Of a stretch of 64,000 bases of DNA, positions 48,002 to 57,272 are shown one piece after another. Position numbers and translations under genes: made by a program. Where the stretch lies: contig CAVVPN010000003.1 of assembly GCA_963750165.1 (NCBI GenBank), positions 3,072,001-3,136,000 on the forward strand. Reading direction: 5' to 3'. The DNA comes from an uncultured Gemmataceae bacterium. GTDB lineage: Bacteria > Planctomycetota > Planctomycetia > Gemmatales > Gemmataceae. The notes beneath the pieces were generated by a model. That model searched no databases and was not told the DNA's origin. It worked only from the letters and a program-made list of their open reading frames with translations. The number at the start of each line of letters is the position of its first letter. Position 1 is the stretch's first letter.

Positions 48002-49084
48002 ATGTTGGCGATCCGAAAAAGCTGGCCGGCCGTCTGGGTGGCGCTGGTCGTACTGGGGTTCGTTCTGGGCGGGGCCGAGCCGGCGCAGGCGCAGAAAAAG
48101 AGAGGGGGCGGCTTCGGCGGCATGGGTGGGACCGACGTGCTCATCAAGAGCACGCCGAAGTTCCTGAAAGCGTTCCGGCCAGCGGTGACGAAGGCGGCCG
48201 AGAGCACGTTCCGCGTGCTCTGCGACGGCGATGAACGCGCCCTGGGCGTCGCGGTGTCGTCGGACGGCTACCTGCTGACGCAGCTGCACGACCTGGACGG
48301 TAAAATCACCGTTCTGCTGCACGACGGCTCGACGCGTGACGCTCGCATCGTCGGTTCGCACAAGCTGCACGACCTGGCGCTGCTGAAGATCGACGCCACG
48401 GGGCTGAAGCCGGTCGTCTGGGGCGACAGCAAGCAAGTGCCGGTTGGCAGTTTCGTGGCCAGCGTGGGCACGGGGGTGGACCCGGTGGCGGTCGGCGTCA
48501 TCAGCGTGGCGGCCCGGGTGTCCAAGACCCCGCCGTGGCTGACGCCGTCGCCCAACAGTGGGTTTTTGGGCATCAGTTTGGCGAACGAGCCCAAGGCGGC
48601 CAAGGTCGCGTCGGTGGAGCCCACGGGGGCAGCCGCCAGGGCGGGCCTCAAGGTCAACGACGTGGTGCTGTCCATCTCCGGCAAGATCACGCCGGACGCC
48701 GATACGCTGATCCGCATCGTGCGGAAGTACAAGGTCGGCGAGACCATTGAGTTGAAGATCAAGCGCGGTGAGGAAGAGCTGGCGCTGAAGGCGACGCTGG
48801 GCAAGCGGCCGGCCAACATGGCCGACCGCGGCGAGTTCCAGAACAACCTGGGCAGCAAGCTGAGCAAGCTGCGCGGCGGCCACCCGAACATCCTGCAGCA
48901 CGACACGGTGCTGCAGCCGACCGACTGCGGCTGTCCGCTGGTGGACCTGGACGGCAACGTGGTCGGCATGAACATTTGCCGGGCCGGCCGCGTCGAGACG
49001 CACGCCATCCCGGCGGAGGTCGTGCGGACGGTGCTGCGCGACCTGCTCGCCGGCAAGCTGTCGCCGACCAGCAAGACGCCGTGA
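48002..49084 (+). CDS. Secreted trypsin-fold protein with inserted PDZ domain and Cys at the nucleophile position
   Basis: DGYLLTQLH, HDLALLKI, PDZ (GFLGI...AARAGLKVNDVV), then QHDTVLQPTDCGCPLVDLDGNVVGMN. Confidence 0.85.
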   Translation: MLAIRKSWPAVWVALVVLGFVLGGAEPAQAQKKRGGGFGGMGGTDVLIKSTPKFLKAFRPAVTKAAESTFRVLCDGDERALGVAVSSDGYLLTQLHDLDGKITVLLHDGSTRDARIVGSHKLHDLALLKIDATGLKPVVWGDSKQVPVGSFVASVGTGVDPVAVGVISVAARVSKTPPWLTPSPNSGFLGISLANEPKAAKVASVEPTGAAARAGLKVNDVVLSISGKITPDADTLIRIVRKYKVGETIELKIKRGEEELALKATLGKRPANMADRGEFQNNLGSKLSKLRGGHPNILQHDTVLQPTDCGCPLVDLDGNVVGMNICRAGRVETHAIPAEVVRTVLRDLLAGKLSPTSKTP

Positions 49085-49087
49085 CCT

Positions 49088-49131
49088 GCTTCTTCGTGGG
49101 GCAGACAGGAATGTCTGCCCCACGAAGAAGC
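49088..49131. repeat. Perfect 20-bp hairpin (CGTGGGGCAGAC family), likely terminator
   Basis: GCTTCTTCGTGGGGCAGACA-GGAA-TGTCTGCCCCACGAAGAAGC. Confidence 0.85.
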
Positions 49132-49140
49132 GCGTTGCGG

Positions 49141-49169
49141 TTGACACGACCGCGGCGATTGTGTTCACT
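49141..49169 (+). promoter_or_regulatory. Putative sigma70 promoter
   Basis: TTGACA-17 nt-TTCACT, 50 nt upstream of the methyltransferase ATG. Confidence 0.5.
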
Positions 49170-49219
49170 TAACGCCCATTCGTCAGAAGTCCTCCCGACG
49201 AGCGCAAGGAAGCGCCAGC

Positions 49220-49987
49220 ATGAACCATTTTCTGAACGGCGTCGTCCGTGCGACCGTGGAGACCTTCGCGCTGCCCGAGCCGATCCTGGAAATTGGCTCC
49301 TACCAGGTCGCCGGCCAGGAAGACATTCTCAACCTGCGTGGCCTGTTCCCGGGCAAGCGCTACACCGGTCTCGACTTCCGGGCCGGCCCCGGCGTGGACG
49401 TGGTGGGCGACGCGGAGCGGCTGCCGCAGGCGACCGGCTCGGTCGGCACCGTCATCGCCATGAACACCTTCGAGCACGTCCGCCGCTTCTGGCGGGCCTT
49501 CGCCGAGGTCGAGCGCGTGCTGCGGCCCGACGGCGTTTTCCTGCTGTCGGTGCCGTTCTACTTCCACATCCACGCCTTCCCCAGCGACTACTGGCGCTTC
49601 ACTCCCGAAGCGCTGCACCTGCTCCTGGAAGACTACCCGCACCGGCTGGTCGGCTGGCACGGTCCAAAGCGGCGGCCGGCGAATGTCTGGGCCGTGGCCT
49701 TCGGGCCCGACCACGCCCCGGTGCCGCCGGAGCAGCACGCCGGTTACCGCGAACGCCTGCGCCGTTACGCCCATGAGCCGCTGTCGCTGGGCCGGCGCCT
49801 GCGCTACCAGCTCGGCCGCTGGCTGTGCGGCCGCCGGCCGTTCGCTCCGTATCTGGATCTGAACCACTGGGACACCGAATGTCGCAGCACTTCTTTCCGC
49901 TCGACGCCGACGCCCCCGCGCCGCCGCCGTCCGCCCCGCGCCGCCGCCGTGCCAACCGCCGCCGCGCCTGGCGCCGCCAGCTGCTGA
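49220..49987 (+). CDS. Class I SAM-dependent methyltransferase (Methyltransf_11-like)
   Basis: ILEIGS, YTGLDFRAGPGVDVVGDA, FEHV, RVLRPDG, HAFPSDYWRFT. Confidence 0.88.
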   Translation: MNHFLNGVVRATVETFALPEPILEIGSYQVAGQEDILNLRGLFPGKRYTGLDFRAGPGVDVVGDAERLPQATGSVGTVIAMNTFEHVRRFWRAFAEVERVLRPDGVFLLSVPFYFHIHAFPSDYWRFTPEALHLLLEDYPHRLVGWHGPKRRPANVWAVAFGPDHAPVPPEQHAGYRERLRRYAHEPLSLGRRLRYQLGRWLCGRRPFAPYLDLNHWDTECRSTSFRSTPTPPRRRRPPRAAAVPTAAAPGAASC

Positions 49988-50952
49988 GCCCGCAGCCGGT
50001 GGCGGTGTCGGTGTGCATCGCCAACTGGAACTGCCGTGATTTGCTCCGCGTCTGCCTGGAGTCGCTGCACGACCAGGACCAGGGCGTCGCGCTGGAAACG
50101 ATCGTCGTGGACAACGCCTCGGCGGACGGCGCCGCGGACATGGTGCGCCGCGAGTTCCCCGAGGTGCTGCTGGTGCGCAACGCCGAGAACGTCGGCTTCG
50201 CGCGAGCCAACAACCAGGCGGCGGCACGAGCGCGCGGCCGCTACCTGTTCTTCCTGAACAACGACACGGTGGTGCCGGCCGGCACGCTGGGCCGGCTGGT
50301 CGCGTACCTGGAGGCGCACCCGGACGTGGGCATGGTGGGACCGCGGCTGCGCGACGCCCGTGGCCAATACCAGGTGTCCTACCGGCGAGCGCCGACGCTG
50401 GCGACACTGCTGCACCGCACCAGCCTGCTGCGCTGGACGGGACTGCTGCGCTACGCCTACCGCCGCTACCGCCGCGAGGAGTTCGACCCCAACCGGGAGC
50501 GGGCCGTGGACGTGCTGATGGGCGCCGCCGTGCTGCTGCCGCGCGACCGCTTCCACGACTGCGGCCGCTGGGACGAGGGCTTCACGTTCGGCGGCGAGGA
50601 CCTGGATCTCTCAACGCGGATCAACCGCCGGCACCGCGTGGTGTATTACCCCGGGGCGGAGGTGATGCACCACGGCCGGGCGAGCACGCGACAGCACATC
50701 GGCTTCGCGTCGGCGCAGATGATGATCGGCTTCGCACGGTATCTGCGGACGCGCGGCTGTTCGCCGGCGGCGCTGACGGTGTACAAGTTGACGGTGACGG
50801 TGGACGCACCGGTGCAGTGGCTGCTCAAGGGCGTGCAATATCTGTGGCGGCGGGTGCAGGGCCGGCCGGAGGAAGCGCACAAGAGTCTGCTGGCGCTGCG
50901 TGGGTTGCAGTATTTTCTGCGGCGCGGGCTGGCGGCGTTCTGGAAGGCGTGA
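49879..50952 (+). CDS. Glycosyltransferase family 2
   Basis: SVCIANWN, IVVDNASADG, NVGFARANN, FLNNDT, GEDLDL. Confidence 0.92.
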   Translation: MSQHFFPLDADAPAPPPSAPRRRRANRRRAWRRQLLSPQPVAVSVCIANWNCRDLLRVCLESLHDQDQGVALETIVVDNASADGAADMVRREFPEVLLVRNAENVGFARANNQAAARARGRYLFFLNNDTVVPAGTLGRLVAYLEAHPDVGMVGPRLRDARGQYQVSYRRAPTLATLLHRTSLLRWTGLLRYAYRRYRREEFDPNRERAVDVLMGAAVLLPRDRFHDCGRWDEGFTFGGEDLDLSTRINRRHRVVYYPGAEVMHHGRASTRQHIGFASAQMMIGFARYLRTRGCSPAALTVYKLTVTVDAPVQWLLKGVQYLWRRVQGRPEEAHKSLLALRGLQYFLRRGLAAFWKA

Positions 50953-51103
50953 AAACCCGGATTTTCGCAGCAACGTGTACCACCAGGTCGCACGTAACGC
51001 CGTCGAGCGCGTGGAACACTGGTTTTATGTCGGTTCCGGCAGCTACAGCGTGATCCGGTGGCGATTAACGTGTGTCCGGCCGGTCAACCCCGTGCCTGGC
51101 GGA

Positions 51104-51349
51104 TCACGAAGGCGGAACCACGGGCTCTCGCTTTCCGGGAGTGAGCAACCCATTGATCGACAAAGGATCCGCGCCTCCCAGGATCAGCGCAAGCAGGCCG
51201 GCGATATACAGAAGATTGATCTCGTATCCGGGTGGGCCGAACTGCGGGCCGTCGGCTGTCAACCCGATGGTGTTGATGGCGCTGAAACCGTAACGCAGAT
51301 GGACCGTGAACAGCGCCACGAGCATCATGACGATCAGCGGAATGGACCA
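51104..51349 (-). pseudogene. C-terminal half of a DoxX-family membrane protein
   Basis: SIPLIVMMLVALFTVHLRYGFS...GPQFGPPGYEINLLYIAGLLALILGG; N-terminal half absent. Confidence 0.7.
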
Positions 51350-51372
51350 CGAACGGCAGGCCGGCGCTGCCA

Positions 51373-51590
51373 GGCGCCGCTTCTCGACGTGTGAAAAAGT
51401 TGGCGTTCTTGGCGTTCTTGGCGTCCTTGCTGTGGCAACCGCCGCCGTTTGGTGTCGCGCCTTGCCAGCCGCACGGAGCCAGGGCGCCAATTCTCGACGT
51501 ATGAAAAAGCTGGCCCCCTTGGCCTCCTTGGCCCCCTTGCTGTGGCAGTGCAGGCCGCTGGTGGTCAAGCCGTGCCTGCCCGCCCACGTA
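51373..51590. repeat. Two diverged tandem copies of a 110-bp unit containing 9-nt TTGGCGTTC-type repeats
   Basis: TTCTCGACGT(G/A)TGAAAAAG(T/C)TGGC...CTTGCTGTGGCA at 51381-51437 and 51491-51547. Confidence 0.8.
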
Positions 51591-51623
51591 TGTGCAAACC
51601 GTGCGTGATTCGTCTTTTTCGTG

Positions 51624-52385
51624 TCAGCGGCCGTCGCGCAGGCGGTCGCCGAGGAAATTGTCCAGATCGGGGATGGCGTAAATCTTCTTGATGGTGGTTT
51701 CGATGTCGTACTCGATGCGGCGGTAGAAGAGGGTGTCACCATCGAGCACGACGTAGCAGGCGCGCCAGTCGCCGTCGCGCGGCTGGCCGACGGAGCCGAC
51801 GTTGCACAGCGTCTTGTGCCCTTCGAGCTTGTACTTGAACTCGATGTCGTCCGGCGCGTGGAACTGGTACAGGTCCTCGGGCTGGCCCTCGGTGAAGATG
51901 CCCGGCACGTGCGTGTGGCCCTGGAAGCAGTAGCGGTCCACCAGCGCAAAGATGCGGTCCATCTTGCGTTGGTTGTAGATGTCCTCCGGGAACACGTACT
52001 CGTTGAGGGGGTTGCGAGCCGAGCCGTGGACGAACAGGTAGCCGTTCTCCTTGTAGACGCGCGGCCGCTCCGCCAGAAACTCCCAGCGGCGCTCGCGCAC
52101 CTGCCGCGATTCGGGCGAGGTTTCCAGCTGGCTGCGCGTCCAGAAGATGGCGCGCTCGGCGGGGCCGTTGAAGCCGTCCGGGTCGAACATGGCCCCCTGG
52201 TCGTGGTTGCCGAGCAGGACGACCTTGCACTGCATGATGAGGTCGATGCACTCGCGCGGGTTGGGGCCGTAGCCGATCACGTCACCGAGGCAGTAAATCT
52301 CCGTGATGCCGCTGGCCTCGATGTCGGCCAGCACGGCGGTCAGGGCTTCCAGGTTGCCGTGAATATCGCTTATGAACGCCTTCAA
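51624..52385 (-). CDS. Metallophosphoesterase (calcineurin-like, YfcE/MJ0936 type)
   Basis: [42 protein letters not shown] start after GGAG. Confidence 0.93.
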   Translation of the reverse strand: MKAFISDIHGNLEALTAVLADIEASGITEIYCLGDVIGYGPNPRECIDLIMQCKVVLLGNHDQGAMFDPDGFNGPAERAIFWTRSQLETSPESRQVRERRWEFLAERPRVYKENGYLFVHGSARNPLNEYVFPEDIYNQRKMDRIFALVDRYCFQGHTHVPGIFTEGQPEDLYQFHAPDDIEFKYKLEGHKTLCNVGSVGQPRDGDWRACYVVLDGDTLFYRRIEYDIETTIKKIYAIPDLDNFLGDRLRDGR

Positions 52386-52464
52386 GATTGGTTTCTCCGG
52401 GGAGGAACGGTCCCAAACGGTTGTGACCGGCCGGCGCAAGACCGCACGGAATCGCTCTTTGTGA

Positions 52465-52494
52465 AGTGTACTCCCTTGCGCGAAACAGTGTCAA
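52465..52494 (-). promoter_or_regulatory. Putative sigma70 promoter for the metallophosphoesterase
   Basis: Minus strand TTGACA-18 nt-TACACT. Confidence 0.55.
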
Positions 52495-52497
52495 GTC

Positions 52498-52555
52498 ATT
52501 GCGGATTGTGGATTGCGGATTGAAGAAGGGGTCTTTCAATCCGCACTCCGCAATT
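52498..52555. repeat. Hairpin with 7-nt ATTG(C/T)GG tandem arms
   Basis: ATTGCGGATTGTGGATTGCGGATTGAAG...TTTCAATCCGCACTCCGCAAT. Confidence 0.75.
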
Positions 52556-53842
52556 TTAGATCACCGTGTCATCCAGCACCACCGCGCCCTTGGGAATGAC
52601 GACGATGCCATCGCGGATAACGTAATTGCTGCCGTCGTCGTTCTCCAGCTTCTTGCGGTTGACGATGCGCACATTGTTGCCGATGCGGCAGTCCTTATCA
52701 AGAATCGCGTTCTCGATGACGCAGCCGTTGCCGACGATCATGTCCGGCACCCCGCGGCGGTGGTTGTCCGCGCGGTCCTGGTCGGTCTCGAAGTGATCGG
52801 CGCCCATCAGCACGGTGTCGCGCAACCGGCTGTTGCTGCCGATGCGCGTGCGCACCCCCATGACGCAGCGCGTCAGCGTGCTGCCGGAGTGGACCACGCA
52901 GCCGTCACTGACCAGGCACTGCTCCACGCTCGCGGCGCTGATGCGCGACGCCGGCAGGTAGCGCATGCGCGTGTAAATCACGCCGTCAGGGCTGTGGAAG
53001 TCGAACGGCGCCGGATCGTTCGTCAGGGCCAGCGACGCCTCGTGATAGGCCTTGATCGTTCCCACGTCCTCCCAGTAGCCGTCGAACAGGTACGCCTGTA
53101 CGCGATGCGTCTTGATGCTGCGCGGGAACACTTCCTTGCCGAAGTCGGTGGCCAGCGGCGGCGCGTTCAGCAGCGTGAACAGGGCCGGGCGCGTGAACAG
53201 GTAGATGCCCATGCTCGCCAGGTACGGCCGATTGCGGCACTGGACGCCGCGCGCCTCGATCCACTCCGGCGCCGTGTACATCGGCGCCAGCTGCTCGGCG
53301 GTCTTCGGCTTCTCCACGAAGCCGACCACGCGGCCGTCGTCGTCCAGGCGCATGATACCGAAGCCGCTCGTCTGCTCCTCCAGCACCGGCAGCACTGCGA
53401 TGGTCACGTCCGCCTTGCTCTCGGTGTGCGTTTTCAGCATCTGGGCGAAGTCCATGCGGTACAGCTGGTCGCCGGACAGGATGAGTACGTCGGTGCAGCC
53501 GTCCTCGTGGACGTAGCGGATGTTCTGTCGCACCGCGTCCGCGGTGCCCTGATACCAGTCGGCCGCCTCGTTGGTCTGCTGGGCCGCCAGCACCTCGACA
53601 AAGCCGCGGCTGAACGGGTCGAACTTGTAGGTGTTGGCGATGTGGCGGTGCAGGCTAACGCTCAGGAACTGTGTGAGCACGTAGACGCGGTTGCAACCGC
53701 TGTTGATGCAGTTGCTGATAGGGATGTCGATCAGGCGGTACTTGCCGGCGATCGGCACCGCCGGCTTGCTGCGCAGCATGGTGAGCGGGTAGAGGCGCGT
53801 GCCGCGGCCGCCGCCGAGGATCAGACTGAGTACGTTCCGCAT
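52556..53842 (-). CDS. glgC: Glucose-1-phosphate adenylyltransferase
   Basis: ILGGGRGTRLYPLT, RSKPAVP, QGTADAVRQ, SGDQLYRMD, FVEKP, ASMGIY, DFGKEV, YWEDVGT. Confidence 0.97.
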   Translation of the reverse strand: MRNVLSLILGGGRGTRLYPLTMLRSKPAVPIAGKYRLIDIPISNCINSGCNRVYVLTQFLSVSLHRHIANTYKFDPFSRGFVEVLAAQQTNEAADWYQGTADAVRQNIRYVHEDGCTDVLILSGDQLYRMDFAQMLKTHTESKADVTIAVLPVLEEQTSGFGIMRLDDDGRVVGFVEKPKTAEQLAPMYTAPEWIEARGVQCRNRPYLASMGIYLFTRPALFTLLNAPPLATDFGKEVFPRSIKTHRVQAYLFDGYWEDVGTIKAYHEASLALTNDPAPFDFHSPDGVIYTRMRYLPASRISAASVEQCLVSDGCVVHSGSTLTRCVMGVRTRIGSNSRLRDTVLMGADHFETDQDRADNHRRGVPDMIVGNGCVIENAILDKDCRIGNNVRIVNRKKLENDDGSNYVIRDGIVVIPKGAVVLDDTVI

Positions 53843-53909
53843 GATGGCTCGTCCGTATGGGTTGCCGAATTGCTTCCGATTTGCGGCCAGTCTACCACAC
53901 CCGCTGGGG

Positions 53910-53983
53910 AATTGCCGATTGCAAATTGAAAAACGGAAATGGCTGTTTTTCAATTTGCAATCGGCAATTTGCAATCTGCAATC
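53910..53983. repeat. Hairpin with 7-nt (A/G)ATTGC. tandem arms overlapping the hemG 3' end
   Basis: AATTGCCGATTGCAAATTGAAAAAC...GTTTTTCAATTTGCAATCGGCAATT(TGCAATCTGCAATC). Confidence 0.8.
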
Positions 53984-55359
53984 AGGTATTGCGCCACCTG
54001 CCTGGCCAGGACTTCACCCTGTTCCGTGCAGTCGTTGAGCGCGACGCCGTGATAAGCGTTGCCGCCCAGCCACAGTCCCGGGTGCCGCTCCAACCGCTTA
54101 TCGATCCACGCCACGCGCTCCAGATGGCCGAGGTGGTACTGCGGGATCGCCCGCTCCCAGCGCACGATGTGGTGCAAAACGGGTGCCGCGTCGATCCCCA
54201 GCGCCAGCCGCAGTTCCGCCCGCAGCGCCGCCAGCAAGCGGTTGTCGTCCCAGGCGGCGGCGTCGGGCCGGTGCCAGCCGCCGACCAGCGCGCGCAGCAG
54301 CACCATGCCCTCCGGTGCGCGGCCGGGGAAGATCGAGGAGCACCATTGCACGCCGAGCAGATCGCGGCGTGTCCGCTGCGGCGCGATGTAGCCGAAGCCG
54401 TCCAGCGGGTGCCGCACGTCCGCCCGTCGATAGCCGAGGCCCACCACCGTGACACGGTTGTACGCGATGCCGCCGACCTGCGCCGCCAACTCCGCGTCCC
54501 GGTCCGCGAGGATGGCCGCCTGTTGATACGCCGGGCACGTCAGCACCACCGCGTCGGCGGTCCAACGGTCGTTGCCATCGCCGCGCACCACCCAGCCGCC
54601 GCCCTCCGACCGCACGCCGCGGACGTTGACGCCCAGCAGCGGCCGCGGCAACGCCTCGACGAGCGCGTCGATCAGCCGCCGCAGCCCCTCGGGGAAGGAC
54701 CACATCTGGCCGCCGCGACGGTACGGCTGGCCGCGCGCCGCCGCCTCGGCGCGACGCTGCGCGACCGTTTTCGCCAGGCCGCCAAGGACGCTGCCGTGCT
54801 CCGCCTCCAGCGCCGCCAGGCGCGGAAAGGCGGCGCGGACACTGAGCAACGTCGGATCGCCGGCGTAGATGCCCGTGACGAAGGCGTCGGCGAACACGTC
54901 CGCCACCTCCCCGCCGGCGCGCCGCCGCGCGAAGGCGTCAATGGACTCGTCCGAGGCGCTGGTGGGGTTCCGACGGAAGCGCTCCAGCAGCAGGTCGATT
55001 TTGCCGCGCCAGCTGAGCAGGTCGCTGCGGAGAAAAGAGCCGAGGCCGCCGGGCAGCAGCCGCAGCCGGCCGTCGAGGAACAGATAGCGATTCTTGCCGG
55101 CGGCCTCACTGGCTGGGACGAGCCGCTCGCCGAGGTCGAGGTCACGGCACAGGGCCAGCGTGCCGGGCTTGTTGTCGAGGAAGCCGTTGGGGCCTTCCTC
55201 GATGCGGAAGCCGGCGATGGCGTCAGTCCAGACGGTGCCGCCGGGCCGCGACCGCTGCTCCAGCAGCGTGAGGTCGCAGCCCGGCAGCCGCTGCCGCAGC
55301 CGGTAGGCCAGTGACAGCCCACTGACACCAGCGCCGACGATGACGATACGTGGGGCCAT
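53950..55359 (-). CDS. hemG: Protoporphyrinogen/coproporphyrinogen oxidase (HemY-type flavoprotein)
   Basis: IVGAGVSGL, EEGPNG, GIYAGDP, GFGYI, AIPQYHLGH, GNAYHGVALNDC. Confidence 0.93.
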   Translation of the reverse strand: MAPRIVIVGAGVSGLSLAYRLRQRLPGCDLTLLEQRSRPGGTVWTDAIAGFRIEEGPNGFLDNKPGTLALCRDLDLGERLVPASEAAGKNRYLFLDGRLRLLPGGLGSFLRSDLLSWRGKIDLLLERFRRNPTSASDESIDAFARRRAGGEVADVFADAFVTGIYAGDPTLLSVRAAFPRLAALEAEHGSVLGGLAKTVAQRRAEAAARGQPYRRGGQMWSFPEGLRRLIDALVEALPRPLLGVNVRGVRSEGGGWVVRGDGNDRWTADAVVLTCPAYQQAAILADRDAELAAQVGGIAYNRVTVVGLGYRRADVRHPLDGFGYIAPQRTRRDLLGVQWCSSIFPGRAPEGMVLLRALVGGWHRPDAAAWDDNRLLAALRAELRLALGIDAAPVLHHIVRWERAIPQYHLGHLERVAWIDKRLERHPGLWLGGNAYHGVALNDCTEQGEVLARQVAQYLIADCKLPIAN

Positions 55360-55360
55360 G

Positions 55361-56302
55361 TCACTTCTTCGGCGCCGGCGGCGTGATGCCGGTCGCCTCC
55401 ATCGGGACGGTATACAGCGACGAGCGCACCGTCACGTACAGGACGTTCATCTTCGGGCCGCCGAAGCAGACGTTGGCCGGCTGCTCCGGGATGTCAATGT
55501 TGCCGAGGTACTTGCCGCTGGAGTCGTACACCTGCAGGCCCGTCGCGGAGGTGATGTAGACGTTGCCCCTGGTATCGACCGCGGCGCCGTCGGCGCCACC
55601 GGCGACCTTGCCCTTGGGCCTGAGAGTGCAGAAAACGCGGCCCGCATCGATCTTGCCCGGCGCGGTGACGGTGTAAGCCATCATCTTGGGCGAGCCGGAT
55701 GGGAAGACGTAGAGCGTCTTCTCGTCGGGCGACAGGCGGACGCCGTTGGGCTTGGCCAGGTTGTCGATCAGGCGCGTGACCTTGCCGTCCGGGGCGACGT
55801 AGTAGACGCCGAGCTTGTCCTGCGGCCGCGGTACCGGGGCGCCGAAGTCCGGGTCGGTGAAGTAGACGCCTCCCTGCTTATCGATGGCCAGGTCATTGGG
55901 AGCGTTGTAACGCTTGCCGTCGTACTTGTCGGTGACGACGCGGACCTTGCTGCTGTCCGCGGTGCTGACGGCGACGACGCGGCCGCTGGCCATTTCGCAG
56001 GTGACGATCTCGCCGTGGGCGTTGAGCATCTGGCCGTTGGCGTTGTTGGTGTTCTCGCGGAACTTCGAGAGCTTGCCGTCCTTATCGACCTTGTAGGTGG
56101 TGGCGGCCCGCACGTCGTTGAAGTAGACGTTGCCGTGGCGGTCCGCGGCGGGGCCCTCGGTGAACTTGAAGTTGGTGTGCAGCTTGACGACCTTGCCGAC
56201 CGGGCCGATGCCGGGGATCGGCTGGTTCTGGCCGGCGGCCAGCGATGCGGACGACAGCAGGGCCAGCAACACGGCCGGCGCGAGCCAGAGACGATTGGAC
56301 AT
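55361..56302 (-). CDS. Secreted SMP-30/gluconolactonase family protein
   Basis: FTEGP, YNAPNDL, YFTDP, KPNGVRLSPDE, ADGAAVD, ANVCFGG. Confidence 0.92.
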   Translation of the reverse strand: MSNRLWLAPAVLLALLSSASLAAGQNQPIPGIGPVGKVVKLHTNFKFTEGPAADRHGNVYFNDVRAATTYKVDKDGKLSKFRENTNNANGQMLNAHGEIVTCEMASGRVVAVSTADSSKVRVVTDKYDGKRYNAPNDLAIDKQGGVYFTDPDFGAPVPRPQDKLGVYYVAPDGKVTRLIDNLAKPNGVRLSPDEKTLYVFPSGSPKMMAYTVTAPGKIDAGRVFCTLRPKGKVAGGADGAAVDTRGNVYITSATGLQVYDSSGKYLGNIDIPEQPANVCFGGPKMNVLYVTVRSSLYTVPMEATGITPPAPKK

Positions 56303-56388
56303 GGGGAGCCTCCTGGTTGCAGGGTGGTGGGGTAATGATTTATCGGTTCGCGCGAAACGATGAATCACCACCTCACCGCCTCACGATC

Positions 56389-57117
56389 TCACTCACGACG
56401 GATCTCAACGATAATGCCGCCCAGCCGCAGCAGCCTATGCAGCGGCGAAAACCACAGTTCGCGCTGCCACGGCAGCCCCGCCGCCGCGCACAGCCGCCGC
56501 AGATGGTCGCGGTTGTGGGCCCGGCAGTGCCACATTCGGCTGCACAGCGCCCCAGTCAGCGTGTCCTCGGTGACCAGCAGCAGCAGAATGCCGCCTGGCC
56601 GCAGCACGCGCGCCAGCTCGCGCAGTCCCGGCCGTGGGTCCGGCAGATGTTCCAGCACCCAGCCGCACACGATCGCGTCAAAGGCGGCATCGGCGTAGGG
56701 CAGCCGCGTCAGGTCCGCTGCGACGTGCGCGACTCGCGGCAAGTTTTTCAAGCGCCGCCGGGCGCGGGCCAGCATGTTCACGGACAGATCGAACGCGGTG
56801 ACAATGGCGTCCGGCGGTGCGTCGCGCAGCAGAAAGCGCGTGTAGCGACCGTTACCGCAGCCGGCGTCGAGGATGGTTTTGCAGCCGCGCACGTCGAAGG
56901 CCCGCGGCCGGATAAGACGGCCCGCCAGGGTTTCATGGCCGGTGAGGACACCGGTGACGCGGGTCCAGCCGCCGGCGGCGCCGTCGTAGTGCTGCTGGAT
57001 GAAGCGGCGGTAGTCCAGGAACGAACGCCGGTCCTGTTCCTTGGACTCCAGCACGCCGATCAGCCCTTTGTGGGCGGGGGCCGGCGGCGGCGTGGTTTCG
57101 GGGTTGTCGGCAATCAT
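56389..57117 (-). CDS. Class I SAM-dependent methyltransferase (UbiE-like)
   Basis: ILDAGCGNG, AFDLSVNML, ADLTRLPY, VLEHLPDP...RVLRPGG. Confidence 0.9.
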   Translation of the reverse strand: MIADNPETTPPPAPAHKGLIGVLESKEQDRRSFLDYRRFIQQHYDGAAGGWTRVTGVLTGHETLAGRLIRPRAFDVRGCKTILDAGCGNGRYTRFLLRDAPPDAIVTAFDLSVNMLARARRRLKNLPRVAHVAADLTRLPYADAAFDAIVCGWVLEHLPDPRPGLRELARVLRPGGILLLLVTEDTLTGALCSRMWHCRAHNRDHLRRLCAAAGLPWQRELWFSPLHRLLRLGGIIVEIRRE

Positions 57118-57272
57118 GGGCCGCTCACGGGTGCGTGGGTTTCGGGTCGGGGCTTTTTCTAGCGGCCGGGCGGGCAAAAGGAAGGGCCGCGGCCGGCAGA
57201 GCGAGAGCGGACGGCGGGGCCGGGAAGTCATAAAGCATTCCCGAGTCGCCACGCTCCAACGAGAGGAATGCC

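Noticed and set aside
49879..49987. 109-nt overlap of the methyltransferase and GT2 genes as dual coding
   Set aside because: The methyltransferase tail is low-complexity read-through; a lost stop, an indel or a later GT2 start is more likely.
51373..51590. Possible CRISPR repeat-spacer structure
   Set aside because: Only two diverged units, the intervening parts are similar to each other, and there are no cas genes.
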